From NCBI GenBank assembly GCA_035295465.1, contig DATGIZ010000035.1, forward strand, positions 74,677-138,676: a stretch of DNA of 64,000 nt, in the 5' to 3' direction. Shown here one piece after another: positions 18,226-26,900 of this stretch (the first letter of the stretch is position 1; each line of letters begins with the position of its first letter). Below the pieces are notes generated by a model. It worked only from the letters and a program-made list of their open reading frames with translations. It ran no database searches and was not told the DNA's origin. The position numbers and the translations under genes are program-made. This stretch comes from Candidatus Binatia bacterium. Its GTDB lineage: Bacteria; Desulfobacterota; Binatia; DP-6.

Positions 18226-18456
18226 ATGATGACAAGTCCCGACCGCCTACTGACCTGCCCGGAGGTGGCACATCGGCTAGCGGTGAGCCCCTCAACCATC
18301 AGGCTCTGGACCGCGCAGCGCCGCATCCCGTCGGTCAAGATCGGTCCCAGCGCAGTCCGATACCGCTGGGACGACGTCGAGGCCGTGATCCGTGCCGGCG
18401 AGCGGCCCCGTCTCGACAGAAGCGGCCGTGAGACCCCACCGCCGGAGGCGGCGTGA
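18226..18456 (+). CDS. excisionase/AlpA-like helix-turn-helix DNA-binding protein
   Basis: LLTCPEVAHRLAVSPSTIRLWTAQRRIPSVKIGPSAVRYRWDDVEAVI is an excisionase-family HTH; it is divergent from the XRE regulator. Confidence 0.62.
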   Translation: MMTSPDRLLTCPEVAHRLAVSPSTIRLWTAQRRIPSVKIGPSAVRYRWDDVEAVIRAGERPRLDRSGRETPPPEAA

Positions 18457-18712
18457 AAGGACGAAACGCCGCGCGGCCCAGCGAGAGCACGGCGCGGCGT
18501 TCCAGCTAACGAGCTATGCGCCACCTACACCGGAAGCGTCCCCCACGCAATGCACTCCTGCTCCCGTGGGTCGAGCGTGCCCCCACCGACTTCCTCGCGC
18601 GGGGCTGGGCAATCCTGCGCGAGCGCGATCCCGATGAGGTTCGAGCGGTGGTCGATGTGGTCGAGGAGCGCCTCGCCGCCGCACGACGAGCACGGAGGAG
18701 GAATCGCGCCGT

Positions 18713-19543
18713 ATGAGCGCCGAGATGCTCCTCGACGCCGCAGTTGCCTACGCCACCCGCGGGTGGCGCGTGTTCCCGTGCTCGCAGAACAAGGCCCCGC
18801 GCACGCCGCACGGGGTTCTCGACGCGACGACCGACACCACGACTATCCGGGCATGGTGGACGAAGCACCCCGCGCCGAGCATCGGCATCGCCACGGGGCA
18901 GGGCTCCGGCTTGGTCGTGCTCGACGTCGACCCGCGCCACGGCGGCGACGATGCACTTGCTGAGCTTGGGCAGCAGTACCGGACCCTGCCGGCCACCCCG
19001 CGGGTGATCACGGGGGGCGGCGGGACACACATCTACCTGCGCCACCCCGGCAGCGTCGTCCCGTGCTCCACCGGCCGGCTCGGTAGGGGCCTCGATGTCC
19101 GCGGCGCTGGCGGCTACGTGATCGCGCCGCCGAGCGGGCATGCGAGCGGTCGGTCCTACATCTGGATGATCGGCTACGGCCCCGACGACGTGCCGCTGGC
19201 CGCTACACCCCCCTGGCTGCTCGGGCTCATCGCGTCGACAGCGGGCCATCGGTTGCGGAGGAACGGCACCGCGCTGGTCATCCCGTTCGGCGAGCGCAAC
19301 GCGACGCTGGCGCGCTTTGGTGGCCTGCTCCGGCGCTACGGCCTGAACGCGGTCGCCATCCGGGACGCGTTGACCGCGATCAACCGCGAGCACTGCACGC
19401 CGTCATTGCCCGCCAATGAGGTGGAGAGGATCGCCGCGAGCGTCTCGCGTTATACCCCGGCCCTTCTCCCGCCTTTGCACCCTTTTCGCGCCGGGACGCC
19501 GGCCGACGCGCTGGTCGCCCGGGCGCTGGGCCTCTTGCCATGA
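18713..19543 (+). CDS. bifunctional DNA primase/polymerase (PrimPol) N-terminal domain protein
   Basis: GWRVFPC...K.P...GV.DAT.D...I..WW...P..SIGIATG..SGLVVLDVD ... GGGTHIYL is the canonical PrimPol pattern. Confidence 0.85.
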   Translation: MSAEMLLDAAVAYATRGWRVFPCSQNKAPRTPHGVLDATTDTTTIRAWWTKHPAPSIGIATGQGSGLVVLDVDPRHGGDDALAELGQQYRTLPATPRVITGGGGTHIYLRHPGSVVPCSTGRLGRGLDVRGAGGYVIAPPSGHASGRSYIWMIGYGPDDVPLAATPPWLLGLIASTAGHRLRRNGTALVIPFGERNATLARFGGLLRRYGLNAVAIRDALTAINREHCTPSLPANEVERIAASVSRYTPALLPPLHPFRAGTPADALVARALGLLP

Positions 19544-20790
19544 AGGTGCTCACACCGACCCCCGAGATGTTCCCGCCGCCCCTTAACCTGCTGCGCGACG
19601 CCTGTGCGCACACGGAGGCGCATTCGGCTGCCGTCGCAGTGCAGTTTCTCGTGGCGGTCGGCAACATGGTCGGCCGCGAGGCCCACACGTACGTCGGGGA
19701 GACGCGTCACGGAACCAACGAGTTCGCGCTGATCGTTGGCCCGACTGCGACGGGCCGCAAGGGGGATTCCAAGAACACGGCGGTAGCGCCCCTCGAAGGC
19801 GCAGATAGCGAGTGGTTCGCGAGCATCACGGGGGGGCTTAGCAGCGGGGAAGGGCTGATCCACGCGGTGCGGGATCCTGTCTACGGCGCCAACAAGAAGG
19901 GCGAAGAGGTGCTGGTCGACCCCGGCGTCACGGACAAGCGCCTCTTGTGCGTCGAGACCGAGTTCTCCTCGGTACTCAAGCAGTTCCGCCGCGAGCACAA
20001 CATCCTGTCGAACACGCTGCGCGAGGCGTGGGATGGGAAGCGCGTCCTGCGCACATTGACCAAGACCTCACCAACGCGGGCAACCGATGCACACATTTCG
20101 CTCATCGGGCACGCCACCCCTGAGGACCTGCGCGCCTACCTCGCCGACCTCGATGTCGCGAACGGCGTTGTCAACCGGTTTCTGCTCACCGCGTGCAGCC
20201 GGCCACGCCTCGTCCCTTGTCCCCGCCGCCTCCCGGACGAGGTGCGGCGGCGCGTGACCGAGCACGTGCGCGGCGTGCTCAGTCACGCGCGCAACATCGG
20301 CCATGTTCCACGAACCGAGGCGGCGGAGGCACTGTGGTGCAAGCTCTACCTTGACGAGAAGGGGCTCGCAGCCAAGCGGCCCGGCCTCCTTGGCGCACTG
20401 CTTGCCCGCGGACCTGCACACCTCACCCGCCTCGAGTTGATCTTCGCGCTGCTCGCCAGCGCCCGGGCGCGGGACGTCAACCACCTCATCGCGGCCGCCG
20501 CGTGGTGGGACTATTGCGTCGCTTCCGCGGAGGTCATCTTCGCTGACCGCACCGGGAACGACGCCGCCGATCGCATCCGGGCAGAGCTGCTGCCGGGCGA
20601 GAGCATGACGTTGTCGGAGATCCGCGAGCAGCTCTTCGCGAACAAGATCGCCTCGGGTCGACTCCGCGATGCCTTGGCCCTGCTCCGGGACCTGGGCGAG
20701 GTGACGTTAACGAAGCGCGAGACCGATGGTCGTTCCGCCGTCGTGGTAACCCGCGTTGTCGCTGCTGCCGCGGCTGCGGGGGGAGCGTGA
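19540..20790 (+). CDS. DUF3987 domain protein (PrimPol-associated helicase-like replication protein)
   Basis: The ATG overlaps the PrimPol stop (ATGA); this is the typical partner of PrimPol in integrative elements. Confidence 0.65.
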   Translation: MKVLTPTPEMFPPPLNLLRDACAHTEAHSAAVAVQFLVAVGNMVGREAHTYVGETRHGTNEFALIVGPTATGRKGDSKNTAVAPLEGADSEWFASITGGLSSGEGLIHAVRDPVYGANKKGEEVLVDPGVTDKRLLCVETEFSSVLKQFRREHNILSNTLREAWDGKRVLRTLTKTSPTRATDAHISLIGHATPEDLRAYLADLDVANGVVNRFLLTACSRPRLVPCPRRLPDEVRRRVTEHVRGVLSHARNIGHVPRTEAAEALWCKLYLDEKGLAAKRPGLLGALLARGPAHLTRLELIFALLASARARDVNHLIAAAAWWDYCVASAEVIFADRTGNDAADRIRAELLPGESMTLSEIREQLFANKIASGRLRDALALLRDLGEVTLTKRETDGRSAVVVTRVVAAAAAAGGA

Positions 20791-21200
20791 CCGTGCGTGC
20801 GAAAGGGGAGGGGGAAAAGGTTGAAAAGGGCAGGAAAGCCTCTTTTCACGCCTTTTCCACCTTTTCTCCCAAGGAGATGAATCTGCTCGAGATCGCTCGG
20901 CGAGCACTGGATGTTTCCGGTCCCTACGAATGCCCGAGTCAACCAGTGCCGCGCGCTATTTTGCCGAACGCTCCGCTGGCGCTCAGCGAGGCCACCGGCC
21001 GCCGGCTGGCCGTGCTCTACGCCGAGCTGGACCCCGTCGAGCGGCGCCGGCTCGACCTTGAGGCTGAGGGCGGCGACGGGCTCGCCCGGCTGGTGCTCGA
21101 CGCCCTGGCGATGGCCGACGAGGCGACCGGAACCGTCCATGAGAGCGGCGAGGGCCGCCGGTGCGACGCCCGTCCTGGCGAGGCGGAGGTGGCGTTCTAG
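20787..21200 (+). CDS. hypothetical protein
   Basis: GTG start overlapping the upstream stop; no recognisable domain. Confidence 0.35.
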   Translation: MTVRAKGEGEKVEKGRKASFHAFSTFSPKEMNLLEIARRALDVSGPYECPSQPVPRAILPNAPLALSEATGRRLAVLYAELDPVERRRLDLEAEGGDGLARLVLDALAMADEATGTVHESGEGRRCDARPGEAEVAF

Positions 21201-21203
21201 GCG

Positions 21204-21539
21204 ATGGCCGACACCCTCGACATCCCCACGCTGCTACCGCCGGAAATGGTTGCCTCGCTGCCGCCGGAGCAGCTCCCCGCCCTGGCGCTATACCTTGCGG
21301 GCCTCCAGTCGGCAGTGGCTGGGCGGCTCTATCAGATGCAGCCCCTGTCCCGGCGTGAGCACGCCGAGCAGCCGAGCCGGCTCCTCACGGCCAAGGAAGT
21401 TGCCGCGCGGACGAGGCTCTCGGTGGACTACCTCTACCGCCGGGCCGACCGACTTCCCTTTGCGCGCCGGATCGGGCGCGCCGTACGATTTGACGAGACC
21501 GGCCTTGAGCGTTGGCTTGCAGGCCGCCGGCCCCGTTGA
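21204..21539 (+). CDS. helix-turn-helix DNA-binding protein (AlpA/excisionase-like)
   Basis: LLTAKEVAARTRLSVDYLYRRADRLPFARRIGRAVRFDETGLERWL. Confidence 0.6.
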   Translation: MADTLDIPTLLPPEMVASLPPEQLPALALYLAGLQSAVAGRLYQMQPLSRREHAEQPSRLLTAKEVAARTRLSVDYLYRRADRLPFARRIGRAVRFDETGLERWLAGRRPR

Positions 21540-21571
21540 CGGGCGCTTGTAAGATATGACAGTATCGCCAT

Positions 21572-21769
21572 ATGGCACGGTCGAAGCGCCAAGGGAAATC
21601 GGCACCGGCGCGGCCCGAGTCTGAGATGGTCATCACCACGATTGCACTCGATCCCGACATCCATCGGCGGCTCCGGCACCTCGCGATCGAAGATGGGACG
21701 AGCTTTCGTGACCTCATTCGGGCGGCGATCGCCGACTTCCTGACGAAGCGCGAGAGGAGGACGACCTAG
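21572..21769 (+). CDS. ribbon-helix-helix (CopG-like) protein
   Basis: ITTIALDPDIHRRLRHLAIEDGTSFRDLIRAAIADFL. Confidence 0.6.
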   Translation: MARSKRQGKSAPARPESEMVITTIALDPDIHRRLRHLAIEDGTSFRDLIRAAIADFLTKRERRTT

Positions 21770-21772
21770 CCC

Positions 21773-23299
21773 ATGGACGCGCTCACGCTCAAGGAGAAAC
21801 AGCGGCGCCTCGCCGCGCTGATGGAGGCCATCCTCGTCGGCCGAATCTCACCCGAGGAAGGTAAACGTCGGGCGAAGGCGATCAACGATGCCCCGACTGC
21901 CGAGTCCGTCCACGCCCCGAGCGGCCCACCGCCCCAGGAGCCATCGGGCGGCGGCTCGCGGCGCGCGCGGGGGGGTGGCCGTGTCTTCCGCTACAAGGGC
22001 AGTCGCTTCTGGTGGCTCGCCTACTACCACCACGGCCGCGAGATTCGCGAGAGCGCCGGGACGGAGGACCGCGAAAAGGCGGAGCGGATGCTCCGCAAGC
22101 GCGTAGGCGCGGCGAACACGCCGCACTTCACCGACCCCACCACGCAGCGGCTGTCCTTCGACGACCTAGCCGAGGGGTACCTGCGGGACTATCGCCTCAA
22201 CGGGCGGCGTTCCCTTCCCGAGGCGGAGCGCTATGTCCGCCACTTGGGCGAGGCATTCGGGTTCGACCGCGCCCTCGCAATCACCTCCGACCGCGTGGCC
22301 GTCTACACGGAGCAGCGGCTCGCCGCGGGGGCGCGGCCCGCGACCGTCAACCGCGAGCTTGCCGCCCTCCGGCGGATGTTCCGGCTCGCCGAGGAGCGGC
22401 TACGCTACCGGCCACGCATCCGATTCCTCGCCGAGGACAACGTGCGCGAGGGCTTCTTGGAGCCCGCCGACTTCGAGGCGGTCTGCGGCCAGCTGCCTGC
22501 CGACGTTGCCGACGCGGTGCGATTCGCCTACCTCGTCGGCTGGCGCCGCGGCGAGGTTCGGACGCTCGAGTGGCGCGACGTTCACCTCGAGCACCGCGGG
22601 GGCGAGGTCGTCGGTGGGACGATCCGCCTGCGGCGCGAGCGTAGCAAGACGAAGCGTAGCAAGCTGCTCGTCCTCCGGGCCGACCTGCTCGCGCTCATCG
22701 CTCGCCGTGCTGCCCGTCGGCGGCTCGATTGCTCCCTCGTCTTTCACTGCGACGGGAAGCCGCTGGGCGACTTTCGCCGGCCGTGGCGCGCGGCCTGTGA
22801 GGCGGCTGGGATGTCGGGGCGTCTCTTTCACGATCTCCGGCGTTCGGCCGTGCGGAACATGGTGCGGGCCGGCGTGCCCGAGCGGGTCGCCATGGCCATC
22901 TCGGGGCACCGCACACGTAGCGTGTTCGATCGCTACAACATCGTGAGCGAGGACGACATCGCTGCGGCCGTCGAGCGGACGGCCCACTACGTGATGCGCG
23001 AGGCCGAGAACGAGCGCCGCGTGGAGCCGCTCGCGGCCGCCGTCGGCCACGAACACGGAGAGAACACGGAGAGTGGCCCCCAGCGCAGGGGCGGGCGGTC
23101 GGCGGGAAGCGCGTCTAAGCGCCTGAATTCACAATGCCGGGACCGGGACTCGAACCCGGACGACGGTTGCCCGTCAGCGGATTTTAAGTCCGCCGCGTCT
23201 GCCAATTCCGCCATCCCGGCATGCATCCTCATCGCCGCAGTACGGCGTCCACCACCGTCACACCCGGTGGCTCGCTTGCGGGCTCGAGGAGCCGCGTGA
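21773..23299 (+). CDS. int: tyrosine-type recombinase/integrase (C-terminal extent uncertain; the ORF reads through the tRNA/att region)
   Basis: Arm-binding N-terminus, core-binding domain and a catalytic domain with HDLRRS..GHRT..VFDRY; adjacent to tRNA-Leu and attR. Confidence 0.85.
   Translation: MDALTLKEKQRRLAALMEAILVGRISPEEGKRRAKAINDAPTAESVHAPSGPPPQEPSGGGSRRARGGGRVFRYKGSRFWWLAYYHHGREIRESAGTEDREKAERMLRKRVGAANTPHFTDPTTQRLSFDDLAEGYLRDYRLNGRRSLPEAERYVRHLGEAFGFDRALAITSDRVAVYTEQRLAAGARPATVNRELAALRRMFRLAEERLRYRPRIRFLAEDNVREGFLEPADFEAVCGQLPADVADAVRFAYLVGWRRGEVRTLEWRDVHLEHRGGEVVGGTIRLRRERSKTKRSKLLVLRADLLALIARRAARRRLDCSLVFHCDGKPLGDFRRPWRAACEAAGMSGRLFHDLRRSAVRNMVRAGVPERVAMAISGHRTRSVFDRYNIVSEDDIAAAVERTAHYVMREAENERRVEPLAAAVGHEHGENTESGPQRRGGRSAGSASKRLNSQCRDRDSNPDDGCPSADFKSAASANSAIPACILIAAVRRPPPSHPVARLRARGAA
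23135..23190. repeat. attR-like: the 3' half of tRNA-Leu, duplicated at 3664-3719
   Basis: 52/54 identity with the distal copy. Confidence 0.8.
23135..23220 (-). tRNA. tRNA-Leu (anticodon UAA), class II with a long variable arm
   Basis: The reverse complement gives GCCGGGATGGCGGAATTGGCAGACGCGGCGGACTTAAAATCCGCTGACGGGCAACCGTCGTCCGGGTTCGAGTCCCGGTCCCGGCA: a 7-bp acceptor stem, anticodon loop CTTAAAA, and a GGTTCGAGTCC T-loop. Confidence 0.9.
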
Positions 23300-24206
23300 A
23301 GCCGGGCCTGCGGGCGACATAGCGCAGCACGAACGGCACCGCGTAGCGCAGCGCGAGATGATTCGCGTCGGCCTGCGGGATGCCGACCGGCGGGCAGCCG
23401 CTTCCGCAAAGCAGCGGGATGCACACGGGGATGAACGCGCAGTGGCCCGCGTCCTCGAGGCGGACCAGGAAACGGATGCCGGTCGCCTCCGCGTACGACG
23501 CCTGCGCCGCGGTGTCGAACGGCACCAGGCTGTCGAGCGAGCCCGTGTAAACCAGCAGCGGCTTGCGGATCGTGAGCCCCGGGATCGCCGCCGGGGCCAG
23601 CGCGAGCCCGGCGCGGACGCGGGGATCGACGGCGGTCACGCGCAGGGTGGTCTGCCCGCCGAAGGAGTGCCCGCTCATGCCGATGCGCTTGCGCGAGATG
23701 CGCCGCGCGAAGCGGCTGCCTGGCGTGCCGTCCTCCTCGAGCAGCTTCGTGAGCACGAACTGGACGTCGGGAACCCGGTTCGCGAAGGAATCCACCAGCA
23801 CCGCGGGCTGCGAGCACTGCGGGATGCCGTCGAACGTCGTGTTCCCCGGGTGCGGAGGCGCGGCGACGATCACGCCCCAGCTCGCGAGCGCCGCGGTGAG
23901 AAAGGCCGACTGCCCGGGAAACCCGCACGATCCGTGCGAGAACATGAGCAGCGGCCATCGCCCCGGCCGGACCGCGGCGCCGTCGAGCAGCGCGCCGGAC
24001 GCCGAGCCCGTGCCCGCGACCGCGGGATACCAGATCCACGTGTCGAGCACGCGGGGCTCGCCCGTGGTCACCGACGCCTTGACGAACGTCATGCGGGTGA
24101 AGCCGACCGGATAGGGGCCGGGCATCGTGGGGTCCACCTCGGCCGCCCCGCCGCCGCGCGCGAGGAGCGCGAATCCCAGCGCGAGCACGAGGCCCGACGT
24201 GCGCAT
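23229..24206 (-). CDS. secreted alpha/beta hydrolase (lipase/esterase-like, GxSxG)
   Basis: Signal peptide; nucleophile elbow GMSGHSFGG; Cys pairs near the C-terminus. Confidence 0.72.
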   Translation of the reverse strand: MRTSGLVLALGFALLARGGGAAEVDPTMPGPYPVGFTRMTFVKASVTTGEPRVLDTWIWYPAVAGTGSASGALLDGAAVRPGRWPLLMFSHGSCGFPGQSAFLTAALASWGVIVAAPPHPGNTTFDGIPQCSQPAVLVDSFANRVPDVQFVLTKLLEEDGTPGSRFARRISRKRIGMSGHSFGGQTTLRVTAVDPRVRAGLALAPAAIPGLTIRKPLLVYTGSLDSLVPFDTAAQASYAEATGIRFLVRLEDAGHCAFIPVCIPLLCGSGCPPVGIPQADANHLALRYAVPFVLRYVARRPGFTRLLEPASEPPGVTVVDAVLRR

Positions 24207-24481
24207 GCGGGCGACTGCTAGCGCCCTGCCGACGCGCGAGTCAAGGTGGCGCGTGGATCATCGCGCGATCGGCACGCCGTTCGGCTCTGCGGCCCTCACG
24301 ATCGCCGGCGGAACGAGCCGTCCGCGGATGCCTGACGCTCGCACGTGCGATCTTGACTCGGTCGCGGCGCGGAGGCCATGGTCTTCCCACGCCCGGCGGG
24401 GGATCGTGTAACCTCGTGAGCGCTCCACCCCCAGAAGATGTGAGAGGACGCGATGCGCGCACCCGGCGCCGCGTGGAGTGG

Positions 24482-24976
24482 ATGACGGCGGCCCAGCAGG
24501 GCGACGGCCAGGCATATCGCGCGCTGCTCGACGACATCGGCCCGTGGGTCATGAGCTTTCTCCGCTCGCGCGTCGTCGACCACCAGGAGGTGGACGACCT
24601 CTACCAGGAGACGCTGCTCGCGCTCCACCGGGCGCGGCACACCTACCAGCCGCCTCGGCCGGTCGATCCGTGGCTGTTCGCGATCGCGGGGCACGTCCTC
24701 TCCCGCTACATGCGGCGCCGGCGGCTGCGCTCCGCGCGCGAGCTTCTGGTGGAGACGCTGCCGCAGACGGCCGTGGAGGATGCGGGACACGGCGCGCCGC
24801 AGCTCGCCGAGGCGTTGCTGCGCCTGCCCCCCAACCAGCGCCAGGCGATCGAGCTCCTCAAGCTCGAGGGGCTCTCGGTGGTCGCCGCCGCCGCGCGCGC
24901 GGGCACGACGGCCGGCGCGCTCAAGGTGCGCGCGCACCGTGCCTACAAGGCGCTCAAGGAGCTCCTGCGCCGATGA
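24482..24976 (+). CDS. ECF subfamily sigma-70 factor
   Basis: DLYQETLLALHRARHTY (region 2) and LSVVAAAARAGTTAGALKVRAHRAYKAL (region 4). Confidence 0.8.
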   Translation: MTAAQQGDGQAYRALLDDIGPWVMSFLRSRVVDHQEVDDLYQETLLALHRARHTYQPPRPVDPWLFAIAGHVLSRYMRRRRLRSARELLVETLPQTAVEDAGHGAPQLAEALLRLPPNQRQAIELLKLEGLSVVAAAARAGTTAGALKVRAHRAYKALKELLRR

Positions 24977-25653
24977 GGACACCCTCGATGCACGACGCGC
25001 TCGTGCGCCGCCTCGTCACCGACGCCGCCCCCGTGCGGCCGCTGCGGTCGGCCGGCGTGCGGATGATCCCGTGGCTCGGCCTCGAGGCCGTCAACCTCGC
25101 GATCGCGGTCGCGCTCGGGCTCCGCGCGAGCCTCCCCGCGGCGTTGCACCACCCGCTGCTCGTCGCCGACCTGGGGATGCTGCTCGCGGCGGGGCTCGCG
25201 GCGGCGGCGGTGGCGCTGCACGCGGCGGTCCCGGGGCAGGAGGCGGGCCGGCTCGGACGGGCCGCCGCGCTGGCGCTCGGCGTCGCTGCGGTGCTTCTTA
25301 TGCTGCTTGAGCCCGGCGGGCCGGCGGTTCCCGAGGCGCGCTTCGTCGCCGAGGGCGCCCGCTGCACGCTCTGCACGCTCGGCCTCGCCGTCGTCCCGGC
25401 CCTCGCGCTCTTCGCCGCGCTGCGCCGGGGCGCGCCGCTCGACGGCGCCGCTGCGGGCGCGTGGGCCGGAGCGGCGGCGTTTCTGGTCGCGGCGGCCGCC
25501 GTGCGGATCGGCTGCCCCATCGACGAGCGGTTCCACCTCGCGGTCTGGCACCTGCCGCCGCTGCTCGGGGGCGCGGCGTTCTCGGCGCTCCTCGGCGTCG
25601 CGTGGCTCGAGCGCTGGCAGCGGCCGGCGAAAGCCGCCGGGTGTCGTCAATAG
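24973..25653 (+). CDS. NrsF-like (DUF1109) membrane anti-sigma factor
   Basis: The ATG overlaps the sigma stop; a multi-pass hydrophobic protein of about 226 aa, the typical partner of ECF sigma F-type factors. Confidence 0.65.
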   Translation: MRTPSMHDALVRRLVTDAAPVRPLRSAGVRMIPWLGLEAVNLAIAVALGLRASLPAALHHPLLVADLGMLLAAGLAAAAVALHAAVPGQEAGRLGRAAALALGVAAVLLMLLEPGGPAVPEARFVAEGARCTLCTLGLAVVPALALFAALRRGAPLDGAAAGAWAGAAAFLVAAAAVRIGCPIDERFHLAVWHLPPLLGGAAFSALLGVAWLERWQRPAKAAGCRQ

Positions 25654-26297
25654 GGTGAGCCGAAGTCGACGACTTCCGTCCCGCCGGCGGTGACGTCGAC
25701 CTGCCGCGTCGCGGTCGTGGTGCGGCCCTTCCGAAGGGCGATCGTGTGCGTGCCCTCCGGAAGACCGAGCCAGCGCTGGTCGAGCCCGGCCGCAGTCAGC
25801 CAGAAGCGCCCGTCGAGATCGACCGCGGTGCCGTCGGGCACGCCCCGGATCTGCACTAGGCCGTAGCTCGCGGGGACCTGCGGCGGGGCGTTGCCGCCTT
25901 GGTCCTCGGGCGGCGTCGCCTCCTCCTCATCCTCGTCGGGCGGCGGGGGCGGCGGAGGCGGTGGATAGTACGGGTAGGGATAATAGCCGCCGTAGCCATA
26001 GTAGAACGGGTCGTAGAACGGGTCGTAGAAGCCCCCGTAGAAGGGGGCGCCGAAGAAGAATCCGCCATCGACGAACACGTGCGGACCGTGGAACCCGCCC
26101 CCGTGGAAGCCGCGGAAGCCACCCCCGCGCCAGCCCCCACCATGCCACCCCCCATGGAACCCGCCGCCTCCGTGGAAGCCGCCACCCCCGTGGAACCCGC
26201 CACCATGCATCGCGGCCTTCGCAGCCCCCCCTGTCCCCAGCAGAAGGACGGCAGCGAGGGCGAGCGGCCGGCCGAGTCGTGCGAGCCTCATGGGCAT
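25647..26297 (-). CDS. secreted Gly/His-rich low-complexity protein with poly-Pro and a C-terminal PEGA-like domain
   Basis: Signal peptide; GGGFHGGGGFHGG repeats; PPPPPPPPPDEDEEE; a PEGA-like C-terminus IRGVPDGTAVDLDG...LGLPEGTHTIALRKG. Confidence 0.55.
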   Translation of the reverse strand: MPMRLARLGRPLALAAVLLLGTGGAAKAAMHGGGFHGGGGFHGGGGFHGGWHGGGWRGGGFRGFHGGGFHGPHVFVDGGFFFGAPFYGGFYDPFYDPFYYGYGGYYPYPYYPPPPPPPPPDEDEEEATPPEDQGGNAPPQVPASYGLVQIRGVPDGTAVDLDGRFWLTAAGLDQRWLGLPEGTHTIALRKGRTTTATRQVDVTAGGTEVVDFGSPY

Positions 26298-26376
26298 CTC
26301 CCGGTGTGAACCTTAACACGCGAGACGGGTGGAGGTCGCGTGGGCTCTGCAGACCTGCCATGATCCGCGGCCGAGG

Positions 26377-26853
26377 ATGAGGAGCGGTACGCCATGGGCC
26401 TTCGCTCTCGGGCTCGGGCTATGCCTGGCGGCGTGCACGCCCCGCCGGCCGACGCCCGCCATGTTGCAGCGGTGCGTCGACGAGGCGGATGCGGGGCGCC
26501 GGGCCTGCTTCCAGGATTGCGAAGGATGGTACGAGGACACGTTCGTCGATTGCTACGGTGGCGAGAACGCCTGCACCGAGCGCTGTCAGGCGGCGCAGCT
26601 CGACTGCCAGGCCGGCCCGCTCCAGGAGCTGAAGGTCTGCGGCGAGGCGGCGGAGAATCCTGCCTCGTGTCAGGCGCAGCTCCGCGCCGATCGCGAGGCC
26701 TGCGCCGGTCGTCCCGACCGTGCCGCGTGCGAGGACGAGGCCCGGCACCGCGCGGCGGCGTGCTGGCAAGCATGCCAGAGCGCGCACGCGCCGGCGCTCG
26801 AGCGCTGCGCGAGGGCCTTCAAAGCGTGCCTCGACGGCTGCCTCGTCCGGTGA
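26377..26853 (+). CDS. Cys-rich lipoprotein
   Basis: Lipobox LGLCLAAC; 16 Cys in the mature part. Confidence 0.5.
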   Translation: MRSGTPWAFALGLGLCLAACTPRRPTPAMLQRCVDEADAGRRACFQDCEGWYEDTFVDCYGGENACTERCQAAQLDCQAGPLQELKVCGEAAENPASCQAQLRADREACAGRPDRAACEDEARHRAAACWQACQSAHAPALERCARAFKACLDGCLVR

Positions 26854-26900
26854 ATGGAACCGGGCTCGCATGACCGCGCCCTTCGCGGCATGCTGGTGAC

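Larger units (their letters stand above)
3664..23190. mobile_element. integrative genomic island inserted in tRNA-Leu(UAA): integrase, Xis-like, PrimPol/DUF3987 and regulator backbone, with defence-like cargo
   Basis: Direct repeats of the tRNA 3' half at both ends; a tyrosine integrase adjacent to the intact tRNA; lower GC and AT-richer intergenic regions in the cargo (e.g. 5700-6900, 10600-16600) against about 72% GC outside. Confidence 0.75.

Noticed and set aside
23111-23299. Integrase ORF continuing through the tRNA-Leu and att region to 23299
   Set aside because: The C-terminal roughly 60 aa past the catalytic Tyr region is low complexity and crosses the opposite-strand tRNA and the island boundary. 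It is probably read-through caused by the scarcity of stop codons in high-GC DNA. I kept the track coordinates but do not trust the 3' end.
25900-26200. Repetitive DNA resembling an array (repeated ccccgtggaagcc / ggcggcgg units)
   Set aside because: It is a coding low-complexity region (GGGFHGG and poly-Pro repeats) of a secreted protein, not a CRISPR array. There are no unique spacers and the units are in-frame codon repeats.
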